Source: Paecilomyces variotii (taxonomy: Eukaryota). Taken from it: DNA of 64,000 nt. The first letter of the stretch is position 1. Each line of letters starts with the position of its first letter. Position numbers and translations under genes: made by a program. The DNA lies in NCBI GenBank assembly GCA_004022145.1, contig RCNU01000013.1, one strand, 5' to 3'. The notes beneath the pieces were generated by a model. That model saw nothing but the letters and a program-made list of their open reading frames with translations, was not told the origin of the DNA and searched no databases. Of the stretch, positions 14,079 through 25,061 are shown one piece after another.

Positions 14079-15489
14079 ATGTCTTCCTCTCTCGAGCAGC
14101 TCAAGGCCACTGGCACTGTAAGTCGAAGCCCTTCCATCCATATGACGCTGCACAACGGAACCGAAACATGTCGGAGTCTGTGGAACAATTGCTAACGGTC
14201 GTCTTTTCTCGCATTGCAACAGGTCGTGGTTTGCGACTCTGGTGAGTAGTACCCATCTCAATGCGTCTGTGATCGGATGAACCGGATGCTAACAGCGCTT
14301 TACTAGGTGATTTCGCAAGTATGTGTGATGGACAAAACCGTATACATTCGTTTCCATGAGGACAGGCGATTCTAACAGATCATAATAGCCATCGGCAAGT
14401 ACAAGCCTCAGGATGCCACCACCAACCCGTCCCTGATCCTGGCTGCTTCCAAGAAGCCCGAGTATGCTGCTCTGATCGACGCTGCCGTCGCTCAGGGCAA
14501 GAAGGAGGTTCGTCGCTTGCCCCGTTTGATCTCCGTATCAAAGGGAAAAAAGTTGGACGAAAGAACGGGACTGACAGCTCCAACAGGGAAAGACTATCGA
14601 GGAGCAGGTCGATGCCACTCTGGACAACCTCCTGGTTCAGTTCGGAAAGGAGATCCTCAAGATCATCCCTGGAAAGGTCTCCACGGAGGTCGATGCCCGC
14701 TTCTCTTTCGACACCCAGGCCTCCGTCGACAAGGCCCTTCACATCATCAAGGTATGGACGATTATGATGGTTCCCGCTCTGAAACTGGCCGCTAACAATA
14801 ACTAGCTCTACGAGTCCATTGGTATCTCCAAGGACCGTGTTCTCATCAAGATCGCCTCGACCTGGGAGGGTATCAAGGCTGCGCACATCCTGCAGTCCCA
14901 GCACGGCATCAACTGCAACCTGACCCTCATGTTCTCTCTGGTCCAGGCCATTGCCGCCGCCGAGGCCGGTGCTTTCCTCATCTCTCCCTTCGTCGGCCGT
15001 ATTCTCGACTGGTACAAGGCTGCCCACAAGAGGGACTACACTGCTGCCGAGGACCCCGGTGTCAAGTCCGTCCAGGACATCTTCAACTACTACAAGAAGC
15101 ACGGCTACAAGACCATTGTCATGGGTGCTTCCTTCCGTAACACTGGCGAGATCACCGAGCTCGCTGGCTGTGACTACCTGACCATTGCGGTACGTACCTA
15201 CAGCTGTCCCGCGTAGTTATATTCCCGCCCTCAATGACTAACGAACGACCAGCCCGCTCTGCTCGAGCAGCTGTACAACTCTAAGGACCCCGTTCCCAAG
15301 AAGCTGGACGCCGCCTCTGCGACCAAGCTGGACATCCCCAAGCGGTCTTACCTGAACGACGAGTCGCTGTTCCGCTTCGACTTTAACGAGGAGCAGATGG
15401 CCGTGGAGAAGCTGCGTGAGGGAATCTCCAAGTTCGCGGCGGATGCGGTCACCCTGAAGGAGATCCTGCGCCAGAAGATCACCGCGTAG
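14079..15489 (+). CDS. tal1: Transaldolase
   Basis: [42 protein letters not shown], catalytic [33 protein letters not shown]. Includes 19-nt (14223-14241) and 12-nt (14307-14318) exons. Confidence 0.97.
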
Positions 15490-15764
15490 ACGCGGGACTG
15501 CGGTGCGACGTTTTAAAAAATTTACCACGCCAGGACAGGTTACCTTACATTTAATGGAAAATGTCACGAGTCAGATTGAATGACCATACATAGTTGTTAT
15601 TATGAGTATGATTGATTGATTGATATATATCAGCATGGAAGCGAGGGATTGAGGGCCAATGGCAGATGGACTTTCGGTCCTTCTTTTCTGGTGGTCTACC
15701 ATTGTCACTTTGATTCTTCTTTTTTCCTTTTTTTTTTCTCTCCCGTACTCTGCGTGTCCCGTCT

Positions 15765-15790
15765 CCTCTCTCTCTCTCTCTCTCTCTCTC
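15765..15790. repeat. (CT)n microsatellite
   Basis: About 13 CT units downstream of tal1. Confidence 0.85.
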
Positions 15791-16328
15791 TTTGCGGTAG
15801 TAGATAACAGGGACTGGAAATAAGCGTATCTACGAACAGAAAAAGCCAAGCGTAAGTGAAGAAGAAGAAGAATAATAATAGAAGTACGATAATAATAATA
15901 ACAATGATGATGATGATAATAGCAGCGTATTGGCCGGAAAGAATTCCGGCTGGCATAAGGAATCATGACTGCCGGTTGAAGTCAGCGGGATGACGAGGTG
16001 GGGGAACGGATCGCGTCATCGGGGAGCTGCGGGTGGAGCTCCGACCTTTCCGGTGATGATGATTCTTTATGATGATTATTATTTATGATGATGATGATGA
16101 TAATTGCTATGAAGAAGATGCAGAAGAAGTTCAATTATTCCACTGGCAACGAATTATTACCCAACTAGAGCTGGAATGCCGTCGTTGGCACGTATGGTAA
16201 ACCGAGTCAAGTAGGCGATTAGTTCACAGCATGCTAATAATCTGTAAGTACTCTAAAACGGTCTGGGCCGAGACGGCTTATGAATCGGCATGGTGTCACC
16301 ATGAGCGAAGAGGGGCAGCCAGTCGATT

Positions 16329-16352
16329 AGAGAGAGAGAGAGAGAGAGAGAG
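16329..16352. repeat. (AG)n microsatellite
   Basis: About 12 AG units upstream of sod1. Confidence 0.85.
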
Positions 16353-16675
16353 TCTGAGAGTGCGAAAGTGCGAAGAAAGTAGCAGCAGCAGTAGTAGTAT
16401 GGTAGTACCATAGTAGTCTAGAGTCCAGCGAGAAGAAAGTACGTAGTCCAGAGAGTGAGTAACTAACTCACTCTGGTGGGGGGAGGGGAGGGAAAGAGAA
16501 ACGAACCCCTCAGGGCAGAGAAGCCGGTCGAATCCCCCTCCCCTCCTCTCTTATTATTATTATTGCTGGGACCTTCATCTTCCTCTCAATCGACTTACTA
16601 CTTTCCCCTCCCATCGATCAATCTGTTGTAGAAGAATTAAAAAACAAAACAGAACAGAACAAAAACACCGTCACA

Positions 16676-17659
16676 ATGGTCAAGGCCGGTAGGTAGTCTC
16701 CCCTCTCCTTTATATGTTTTTTCTTTCTTCTCTCTGTTGGTCCGCTTTTTGAGCGAGTTTCTCCACGATCGACCGTGGCCAGAGGACCTTGGAGTGAGCA
16801 GATTTGAGCACCTTGGGAACCACGTCGGACCACCATTATTGGCCGGTATGCGAAGGTCCTCACGCTGCCAGGGGAGAATCCCTTTCGACTGGTTGCTGGA
16901 TGGTTATCGTTGCTGTGTTCCCCCGGATCTGCTGCGTGGAGGAGGACCTTCTGATCAGATCCGATCCGATCAGATCTGGAACTCTGAAACTGTTCTTGAT
17001 GTTGTATTTGTTATGATTGTCGAAAATGCTTCCAGAATGAGGAAACGAAACGAAACCACCTGCTGACCGGCTCGTCCAGTCGCTGTTCTCCGTGGTGACT
17101 CCAAGATCACCGGCACTGTCACTTTCGAGCAGGCCAACGAATCCGCCCCGACCACCGTCTCGTGGAACATCACCGGCCACGACCCCAACGCCGAGCGTGG
17201 TATGCACATCCACCAGTTCGGTGACAACACCAACGGCTGCACCTCCGCCGGTCCTCACTACAACCCCTTCGGCAAGACTCACGGCGCTCCCACCGATGAG
17301 GTCCGTCACGTTGGTGACCTGGGCAACATCAAGACCGACGCCGAGGGTAACGCCGTCGGGTCCGTCCAGGACAAGCTGATCAAGGTCATTGGTGCGGAGA
17401 GCATCCTGGGCGTATGTATTTCCTCGAGATCCTCTGAAGGAGTGTAGCTATGAGACCACGAGACTGACGCCTTTCTAGCGCACTATTGTCGTCCACGCCG
17501 GCACTGACGACCTCGGCCGTGGTGGCAACGAGGAGTCCAAGAAGACCGGTAACGCTGGTCCCCGCCCTGCTTGCGGTAAGCTCTCGAGTTTGTTTTCTTC
17601 CTGTTGATTGACAGATGCTGATCGAGACGAACCAAGGTGTCATTGGTATTGCCGCCTAA
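16676..17659 (+). CDS. sod1: Cu/Zn superoxide dismutase
   Basis: [61 protein letters not shown]. Exons 16676-16688, 17080-17411, 17479-17575, 17637-17659. Confidence 0.98.
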
Positions 17660-18205
17660 CTGACCGAATCCACGCGTACTTCATCCACCAAGTTGTAGCG
17701 GTGCTACGCCGGAGGACGTAATGAGACATGACCCGAGGATAATCGCGAGGAAAAGGCTCGTCAGTACCTAGTCTGTTAGCCTGATCCAATGAATCCTAAG
17801 TCTTTTCAATACCTTATTATGACTCTGTTTCTTCTGCTGTGTAGTTGTAAGTGACGAGTTAAGCGATACTATAAGTATAGACCATACAAATCCGTGGTTG
17901 ATGGTGCCATAAACGATCTGTTTACTTGGGCCTAGGGGGCTAGACCGCTTTGTCCCAATAATACTTACTTTCTCCCCCACAAAACGTAAAGCTGTCCTTC
18001 CGCCTTCCTTGCTTAGTAGTCTAGCTAGGCTAGCTAGTTAGATCGGAACATAACCATCGATTCACATTGTATCCGACCTCAAACAAACCACCCTCTCTTC
18101 TTCTTTCTTCTTCCCTTTTTATTCATTCCCCCCCCCCCTTCATCCCATTCCCGGAGTGAAGAAAAGTTCTTCTTCTTTTTTTTTGTTACCCTTTTCCTCC
18201 AAACC

Positions 18206-21132
18206 ATGCCTCTCGAAGCGCGTGTCAAGTCCGTCTTGTCAGGCGACACTCTGGTCCTGACCCACGTTACCAATCCGACGGCGGAACGTATCCTCAGCTT
18301 GGCCTATGTGTCTGCGCCGCGGTTACGGAGGGAGGACGATGAGGTGAGTGCCATTGAGGAGGGTGTTTTTTTTGTTTTGTTTTGCGATCCTGGAAAATTG
18401 GACGAGGGTGAAGCTCTCTCGTTGGGGAAGCTTGGCTACTACTAGTTACTTACTTAGGTGGCCTCTACTGCGGAAGGACGACGACAACAAAGCACGAATT
18501 TTTATGTTGCACGTTGTGTTCGAGTTGGCTTTGTTTGTTTATTTATTCGTTTTGCTTCTTGAGTATTGTGATTGGATTTGTCTTGACTAATCATCTGCGT
18601 TCCATTATATAGCCATTCTCTTTCCAATCCCGCGAATTCCTCCGCGAGCTTCTCGTCGGCAAGGTCATCCAGTTCCAGGTCGTCTACTCGATCCCTACCG
18701 GTGCCAAGCGCGAATATGGCATTGTGAAACTGCCCGGGACGGATGCCTCGTTGCCAGATCTGGCAGCGCAGGAGGGATGGGTTCGTGTCCGTGAAGAGGC
18801 TGGCAAGCGGGGTGACGAGTCCGAGGAGGCTGCTGCTTTGCTGGAGCGGTTGAGAGGTCTGGAGGCCCTCGCGCGCAGTGAAGGGAAGGGTGTCTGGGCT
18901 GGCGCGGAGAATGGCCGAGTCGAGACGACATATGAGGTTGCGGATCCGAAGGCGTTGGTGGAGGAGCTCAAGGGGAAATCGGTCGATGCTGTCATCGAGA
19001 GGGTGTTGAACGGTGACCGCGTGCTGATCCGTCTTCTCCTCGCGCCAAACCGGCATCTGCAGACTATCCTGGCGATTGCGGGAATCAGGGCGCCGTCCAC
19101 CAGGAGAGTGAATGCTGATGGCACGGAGCAGCCTGGGGAGCCGCTCGGGGACCAGGCGCATCAGTTCGTCGAGTCGAGACTTCTGCAGCGCAAGGTCAAG
19201 GCGACCCTCGTGGGTGTGACGCCGCAGGGCCAGCTGGTTGGAACCGTCCTTCATCCCAATGGCAACATTGCCAAGTTCCTGCTGGAGGCGGGCCTGGCCC
19301 GCTGCCACGACCACCACTCTACGATGCTGGGTCCTCAGATGGCCGCGCTGAGACAGGCGGAGAAAAGCGCCAAGGATGCTCAAAAGGGCCTGTTCACTGG
19401 CCACGTCGCTCCCAAGGGCCCTGCTGGCGGGGCGGGCGACACTGACTACATCGTCAGCCGTGTATTCAACGCCGACACCCTCTTCCTGAGGAACAAGGCG
19501 GGCAAGGAGAAGAGAATCAGCCTGAGCAGTGTCCGGCAGCCCAAGCCGTCAGACCCCAAGCAGGCTCCCTATGCGGGAGAAGCTAAGGAATTCCTGCGCA
19601 AGAAGCTCATCGGTAAGCACGTCAAGGTCACGATTGACGGCAAGAAGCCGGCTACGGAGGGTTACGAGGAGAGAGAGGTTGCTACTGTTATCCAGGGCAA
19701 TACCAACATGGCCCTTGCTCTGGTGGAGGCCGGATATGCCTCTGTCATCCGTCACCGACGTGATGACGAGGACCGCTCCCCTGAGTATGACGCTCTGCTG
19801 GCGGCAGAGGAAGCTGCGCAGAAGGAGGGCAAGGGGATGTGGTCGCCCAAGCCGCCCAAGGTGAAGCAGTACCAGGACTACTCGGAGAACCTGCAGAAGG
19901 CGAAGATGGAGGTGTCGATCCTGCAACGACAGAAGCGCGTCCCTGCGATTGTCGACTTTGTCAAGTCCGGTTCTCGTTTCACCGTGCTGGTTCCCCGGGA
20001 GAACGCCAAGTTGACCTTTGTCCTCGGGGGCATCCGAGCTCCGCGGTCTGCCCGCGGGCCTGGCGAGGCGGGCGAGCCCTTTGGTCAGGAGGCGCACGAC
20101 TTGGCCAACCGGAGATGTCTGCAGCGGGACGTCGAGATCGATGTCGAGACCATTGACAAGGTGGGCGGTTTCATCGGGACGCTCTACGTTAACCGAGAGG
20201 ACTTTGCCAAGGTGCTTCTGGAGGAGGGTCTGGCCACCGTCCATGCCTACTCCGCGGAGCAGTCCGGCCACGCCAACGAGTACTTCGCTGCGGAGCAGAG
20301 GGCCAAGGATGCGCGCAAGGGTCTCTGGCACGACTGGGACCCGAGCAAGGAGGTGGACGAGGAGGAGGCCCTGCCGGCCAACGGCAACGGTGTCGAGGCC
20401 GACGAGGCTCAACGTCGCAAGGACTACCGCGACGTGATGGTCACGTACGTTGATCCGGATAGCGGCAGACTGAGGGTGCAGCAGATTGGAGCCGGCACGA
20501 CGGCGCTGACTGAACTGATGAACGCCTTCCGGTCGTTCCACATCAACAAGGCGAACGAGAAGCCTCTGCCCGGTCCTCCCAAGGCGGGCGATTTCGTCGC
20601 TGCGCAATTCAGCGAGGACCACGAGTGGTACCGTGCGCGCATCCGCCGGAACGACCGCGAGAAGAAGCAGGCCGAGGTTCTGTACATTGACTACGGCAAC
20701 TCGGAGGTCCTCCCCTGGTCTCGGCTGCGTCCTCTGGACCAGCCGCAATTCTCCGTGCAGAAGCTGAAGGGCCAGGCGGTGGATGCGGTGCTGTCCTTCG
20801 TCCAGATCCCCGTCACTTCTCCTGGCTACCTGGCGGACGCTGTCAGCTACATCGAAGAGGCCACCTTTGACCGCCAGCTCGTGGCCAATGTGGACTATGT
20901 CTCTCCGGAGGGCACCCTGCACGTTACGCTCCTGGACCCGTCGGCGTCGAAGAACCTGGAGGACAGCATCAACGCGGACATTATCCGGGAGGGGCTGGCG
21001 ATGGTTCCGCGGAAGCTGAAGGCGTGGGAGCGGGCAGCGGGCGAGACGCTGGCGCACCTGAAGCAGCTGGAGGAGGAAGCCAAGCAGGAGCGGAAGGGCA
21101 TGTGGGAGTACGGTGATCTGACGGAGGACTAG
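18206..21132 (+). CDS. snd1: Tudor staphylococcal nuclease (SND1/p100)
   Basis: Repeated SNase domains (VKSVLSGDT, VLNGDR, VFNADT, FVKSGSR; GLW/GMW motifs) plus a Tudor domain (FSEDHEWYRA, YIDYGN). Intron 18344-18612. Confidence 0.95.
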
Positions 21133-22030
21133 AGGAGTGATTAAGCAGGTGGTGGCCGTGTATAGGTTTACATTGTATATCAGAGTGATCGTGAGCGGTC
21201 TTTTTCTTGTCTTTGCATTTTTCCTTTCGATATACCACGTATCCAACTCGCAGTATGCATAGTTTTGTCTATTCATTCTCCTTTGCATAGCCTGATGTAC
21301 ATACATATCCAAGGGACATCAAGCACTTCTCTATAAGTAACTCCTCTATAAGTAAGCACTAATACCACATCTAGTTATGGTATAATTCTATCTATCCTGC
21401 ACCCACTCGATCATCTTTTCCTGCTGACAGATATCCTCATACTACTGTCTGCCACGATTAGAAATGAAAAACGACGATCAGTCACAAGGCGAACGCTGAA
21501 CTACGGGATCGCTAGGAAGCCAATCTGATTAATTATTCGACTAGTTAACTAACTAGTTAATTATTTAGTTAACGAACGAACGAACTAACTAGTTAAAGCC
21601 AAGGGGACTGGATTACTTAATCCTTAATTAACTAACTAGCTGAGTTAACTAACTACCGGAGACCAAAGTCCGCGGAGGTTTGATTTCTTGCTTTCTACTT
21701 GATGCTTGTATTACTGTACAAAGTCTCCGAGGATAGTTTATTCTGGGAGGTTCTTTGTCAAAGGGAATAGAAAAGGATATTTATTATTATCTATTTTTTC
21801 CTGGAGCAGGTCGTGCTCTAACTAATTATCTATCTATTGTTCATTTCCTTGCGCGAAACGGCTAGGTAGTTAAGCAGGGTCCCGACTCCCGAGCCTCACT
21901 CACGGAGTTCCTTACCGACCGACGGACGGGTTTGCTCGACCGACTAAACCAACAGAGTAAACAGAAACAGAAACAGAACAACCCCTCCCCTCCTCTCCTC
22001 CCAAAAGAATTCCAAAAGACAAAAACGAAA

Positions 22031-23807
22031 ATGGGCCTCTGGCGAACATCATCACGCAAATCCCAAAAGAGCAGCACCACCGAACAGACCGCCGCGCCCG
22101 AAGACCAATCCCCCGACCCTCACAGACCCACGTCGCGGCAGGATCCCAACCTCGATGGAAATCTGTCCAGAAATGACCCCCAGGCGTCAGCCAGACAGGC
22201 TAATAGCGAGGCATGGCTAGCGGGCCATCTGAACCATTTGACGAAGGAGCAGGAGAGTGCGTTGCGGGATTTTAAGAAGTTGTGTGAGGAGAAGGGGTAT
22301 TATACACCGGCTAAGGCGGAGGGGGAGGAAGAAGGGGGGAAAGCGACGCATGATGATGCGACGTTGTTGTATGTTTTGTTTTCTCCTATTCTTGTTTGGA
22401 TTGATTTGGATTATATTGTTTGTTTTTTTTGAGTGGTTTGGGTCAATTGGTGAAGGGATTCAAGAATTTGGATGTGATGTGATGTGATGTGATGCGGTGT
22501 TGCTGATGCTGATGCTGATGCTTTTTGATTTCAGGCGGTTCCTTCGCGCGCGCAAATTCGATATCAACGCGGCGTTTCAGCAGTTCAAGGATACGGAGGA
22601 ATGGAGAAAGGATAATAAGATCGAGGCGCTCTATGAGAATATAGACGTCGAGTCATATGATGAGGCGAGGAGGATGGTGAGTTCGCCTTCTTTTCCGTAC
22701 GGGTTGCAAGGATAGATTGCAAGCAAGTGGGATTTAGGGTTTGAAACATTGGCTAACTGATGGGATGGAATGGATTAGTATCCCCAATGGACTGGACGTC
22801 GTGATCGTCGCGGAATCCCCGTCTACGTCTTTGCTATCAGACACCTCGACAGCAAGGCCATGGCCGCGTATACCTCCAAGGTGTCTCACTCGACCACGGC
22901 GGAGACGCACAAGTCCTCGACTGTCCCCGCGCGTCTCCTGCGTCTCTTTGCGCTCTACGAGAACCTGCTCCGTTTCGTCATGCCGCTCTGCTCGCAGCTG
23001 CCGCGACCGAATCCCGAAACGCCTATCGTGACCTCGACGAATATCGTTGATGTCAGTGGTGTTGGGCTGAGACAGTTTTGGAACTTGAAGGGCCACATGC
23101 AGGATGCGAGTGTGTTGGCGACGGCGCATTATCCAGAGACTTTGGATAGGATTTTCGTATGTCTTCTATTACTTGAGCTTTGTTGCTTTCCTTCTTGCTT
23201 TTTGCGCTCAACAATGCTAACGTTATACACCCAGCTCATCGGCGCTCCCTCTTTCTTCCCCACCGTCTGGGGCTGGATCAAGCGATGGTTCGACCCCGTC
23301 ACGACATCCAAGATCTTCATCCTCTCCGCAGACGAGGTGAAACCCACCCTGACCTCCTTCATGCCCCTTTCCAGCATCCCCAAGAAATACGGCGGTGAAC
23401 TCGACTGGGAATGGGGCGACCTGCCGAATCTGGACGAGCCCGCACGCGAATTGATCGGTGCTCTCGAAACCCCGGCTGAAAACAATAATGGAAAACCGGG
23501 ATTCCTCAAAGGTCCTGTCCTCTTCAAGGGCGATAAGATCGAAGTCCTAGGTTCGGAAGGAGGTGAGCCCCGAAGACGTGAGATTCCTGTGGGGAAGAAG
23601 ACCGACACCACCGACACCACCAACACCACTACCGATACTACCGATACTACCAACGCCGATATTGCAGCGGCCGCCACAGCAGCCGACGAAGCAGCAGCGC
23701 CTATCACGAACCCGCTCCCCAGTCAGGACGAGGACGAGAAAGCCGCGCTGGAGAAGGAGTTTGCAGATGGTGCGGTTTCTCCACAAGCTGCTACGACCTC
23801 TGCGTAG
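22031..23807 (+). CDS. CRAL-TRIO (Sec14-like) lipid-binding protein
   Basis: HDDATLLRFLRARKFD, YPQWTGRRDRRGIPVY, HYPETLDRIF, APSFFPTVWGWIKRWFDPVTTSKI, IPKKYGG. Three introns and a low-complexity T/D/A tail. Confidence 0.9.
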
Positions 23808-23870
23808 CATAGCATAGCATGGCATGAGTATGAGCATGGCATAGCATAGAATAGCATGGCATGGCGTGAC
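23806..23870. repeat. Imperfect (GCATA/GCATG)n pentanucleotide repeat in the 3' UTR
   Basis: tagcatagcatagcatggcatgagtatgagcatggcatagcatagaatagcatggcatggc. Confidence 0.7.
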
Positions 23871-24577
23871 ATGAGCTTGTTGAGTTGAGTTGAGAGTCTG
23901 AGTAGTCAATACTCATATTAGTATGTATGGTTAATTATGAATTTTTTTTTCCCCCCAAAGATTAGATTTTCTAGAAGAAAAAAAGGGGGCGGGGGAAAGG
24001 AACTAAGACTAAGATTAAGATTGTCTGTTACTACTGTAATATATTTTTATCTTGTCTGAATATTTATATCTAGGTTTTATATTTGATATAACTAGCAGTA
24101 TTAACTATTGCATTGTACAGTAGTAGTATTATCACAGTAGTAATGGTGAAGGATGCACCAGCCCGCCGATAATTACCCCAATTACCCCGACGAGGTTGCG
24201 CTTTAAGTATCCCTTTCCTCCCGAGTCAGTAGAGTAGTAACTACGGCTTCTGTGACTGGGCCTAGATGGGACCTGGAATAACGAGAGTCTTGAAGACGAG
24301 CGAGCACATGCAGTTTACTTACTTACTGCCCATGCGAAGGAAGCGAGCCTTGGAAGGACCTTAAGTAGGTACATACGTAGTATCACTTCCCCGAAACGAC
24401 GCCGGTAGCCCGAATTCAACTATCATATGTACTGTATGTACATACTACTCCCCCAACACTAAATATTATTGATTTGAGGGACCCAAAGGGAAAAAAGGCA
24501 AACTGGCACGATATTGGATCATGAGAGGGATACTTATTACGCAACAAACACGCCCCGCTTTCTGGAATGGCGGCCAC

Positions 24578-25060
24578 TTACACTTTCTTCTATGATTATA
24601 CCTGCATGTCGGAAATGGCCTTCAGCGCTCTGCTGTTTTGCACCAACATCGTGTGTACGCACTGCCGAAGGAAGACATGAAACCCTTGGTCGGGATCCTT
24701 TTCATAAGTTGGCCAAGCTTTCCTGATGTAAGCCTTTACTTAGCTCGGCAAAAAAAAAAAACTCCTCGATAGGGTTGAAATCAGGAGAGTAAGACGGCAA
24801 CATAGCATCCGTTGAACCTTTAAAAATACGAGACAAAAGAATACCATCTTGAGTATATGCTAGCAGTATCTGATAGCGTTGGCCTCGATGAAATTTAGAC
24901 AGTGGTGACCAGCCAGTCCGCCTTTGTCCCACCCGTTTATCACATCCGGATTCATCAACGAAAACAAGGTGGTACGAACAAAAATTGGATAGTTTGTGCC
25001 GGTAGAAATCTCGTCAATATAGGTATCTTCGAAATAGTGCATTTCTGCGTCCGTCCCGGC
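24578..25060 (-). mobile_element. Degenerate Tc1/mariner (IS630-Tc1 DDE) transposase relic
   Basis: Minus-strand translation RDFYRHKLSNFCSYHLVFVDESGCDKR..RRTGWSPL..FHRGQRYQIL.AYTQDGI..FKGSTDA / LPSYSPDFNPIEEFF / AELK..IRKAWPTYEKDPDQGFHVFLRQC..GHFRHAG. Internal deletions and frameshifts, no clear TIRs. Confidence 0.85.
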
Positions 25061-25061
25061 T

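Noticed and set aside
14380-15102. 240-aa minus-strand ORF opposite transaldolase
   Set aside because: Antisense shadow that crosses sense-strand introns.
15487-15520. Cryptic peroxisomal targeting of transaldolase by stop readthrough
   Set aside because: The stop is TAG-ACG, not TGA-CTA, and the extension does not end in a PTS1.
18502-21312. Long antisense ORFs (300 aa and 587 aa) opposite Tudor-SN
   Set aside because: Shadow ORFs from strong GC3 codon bias; no motifs.
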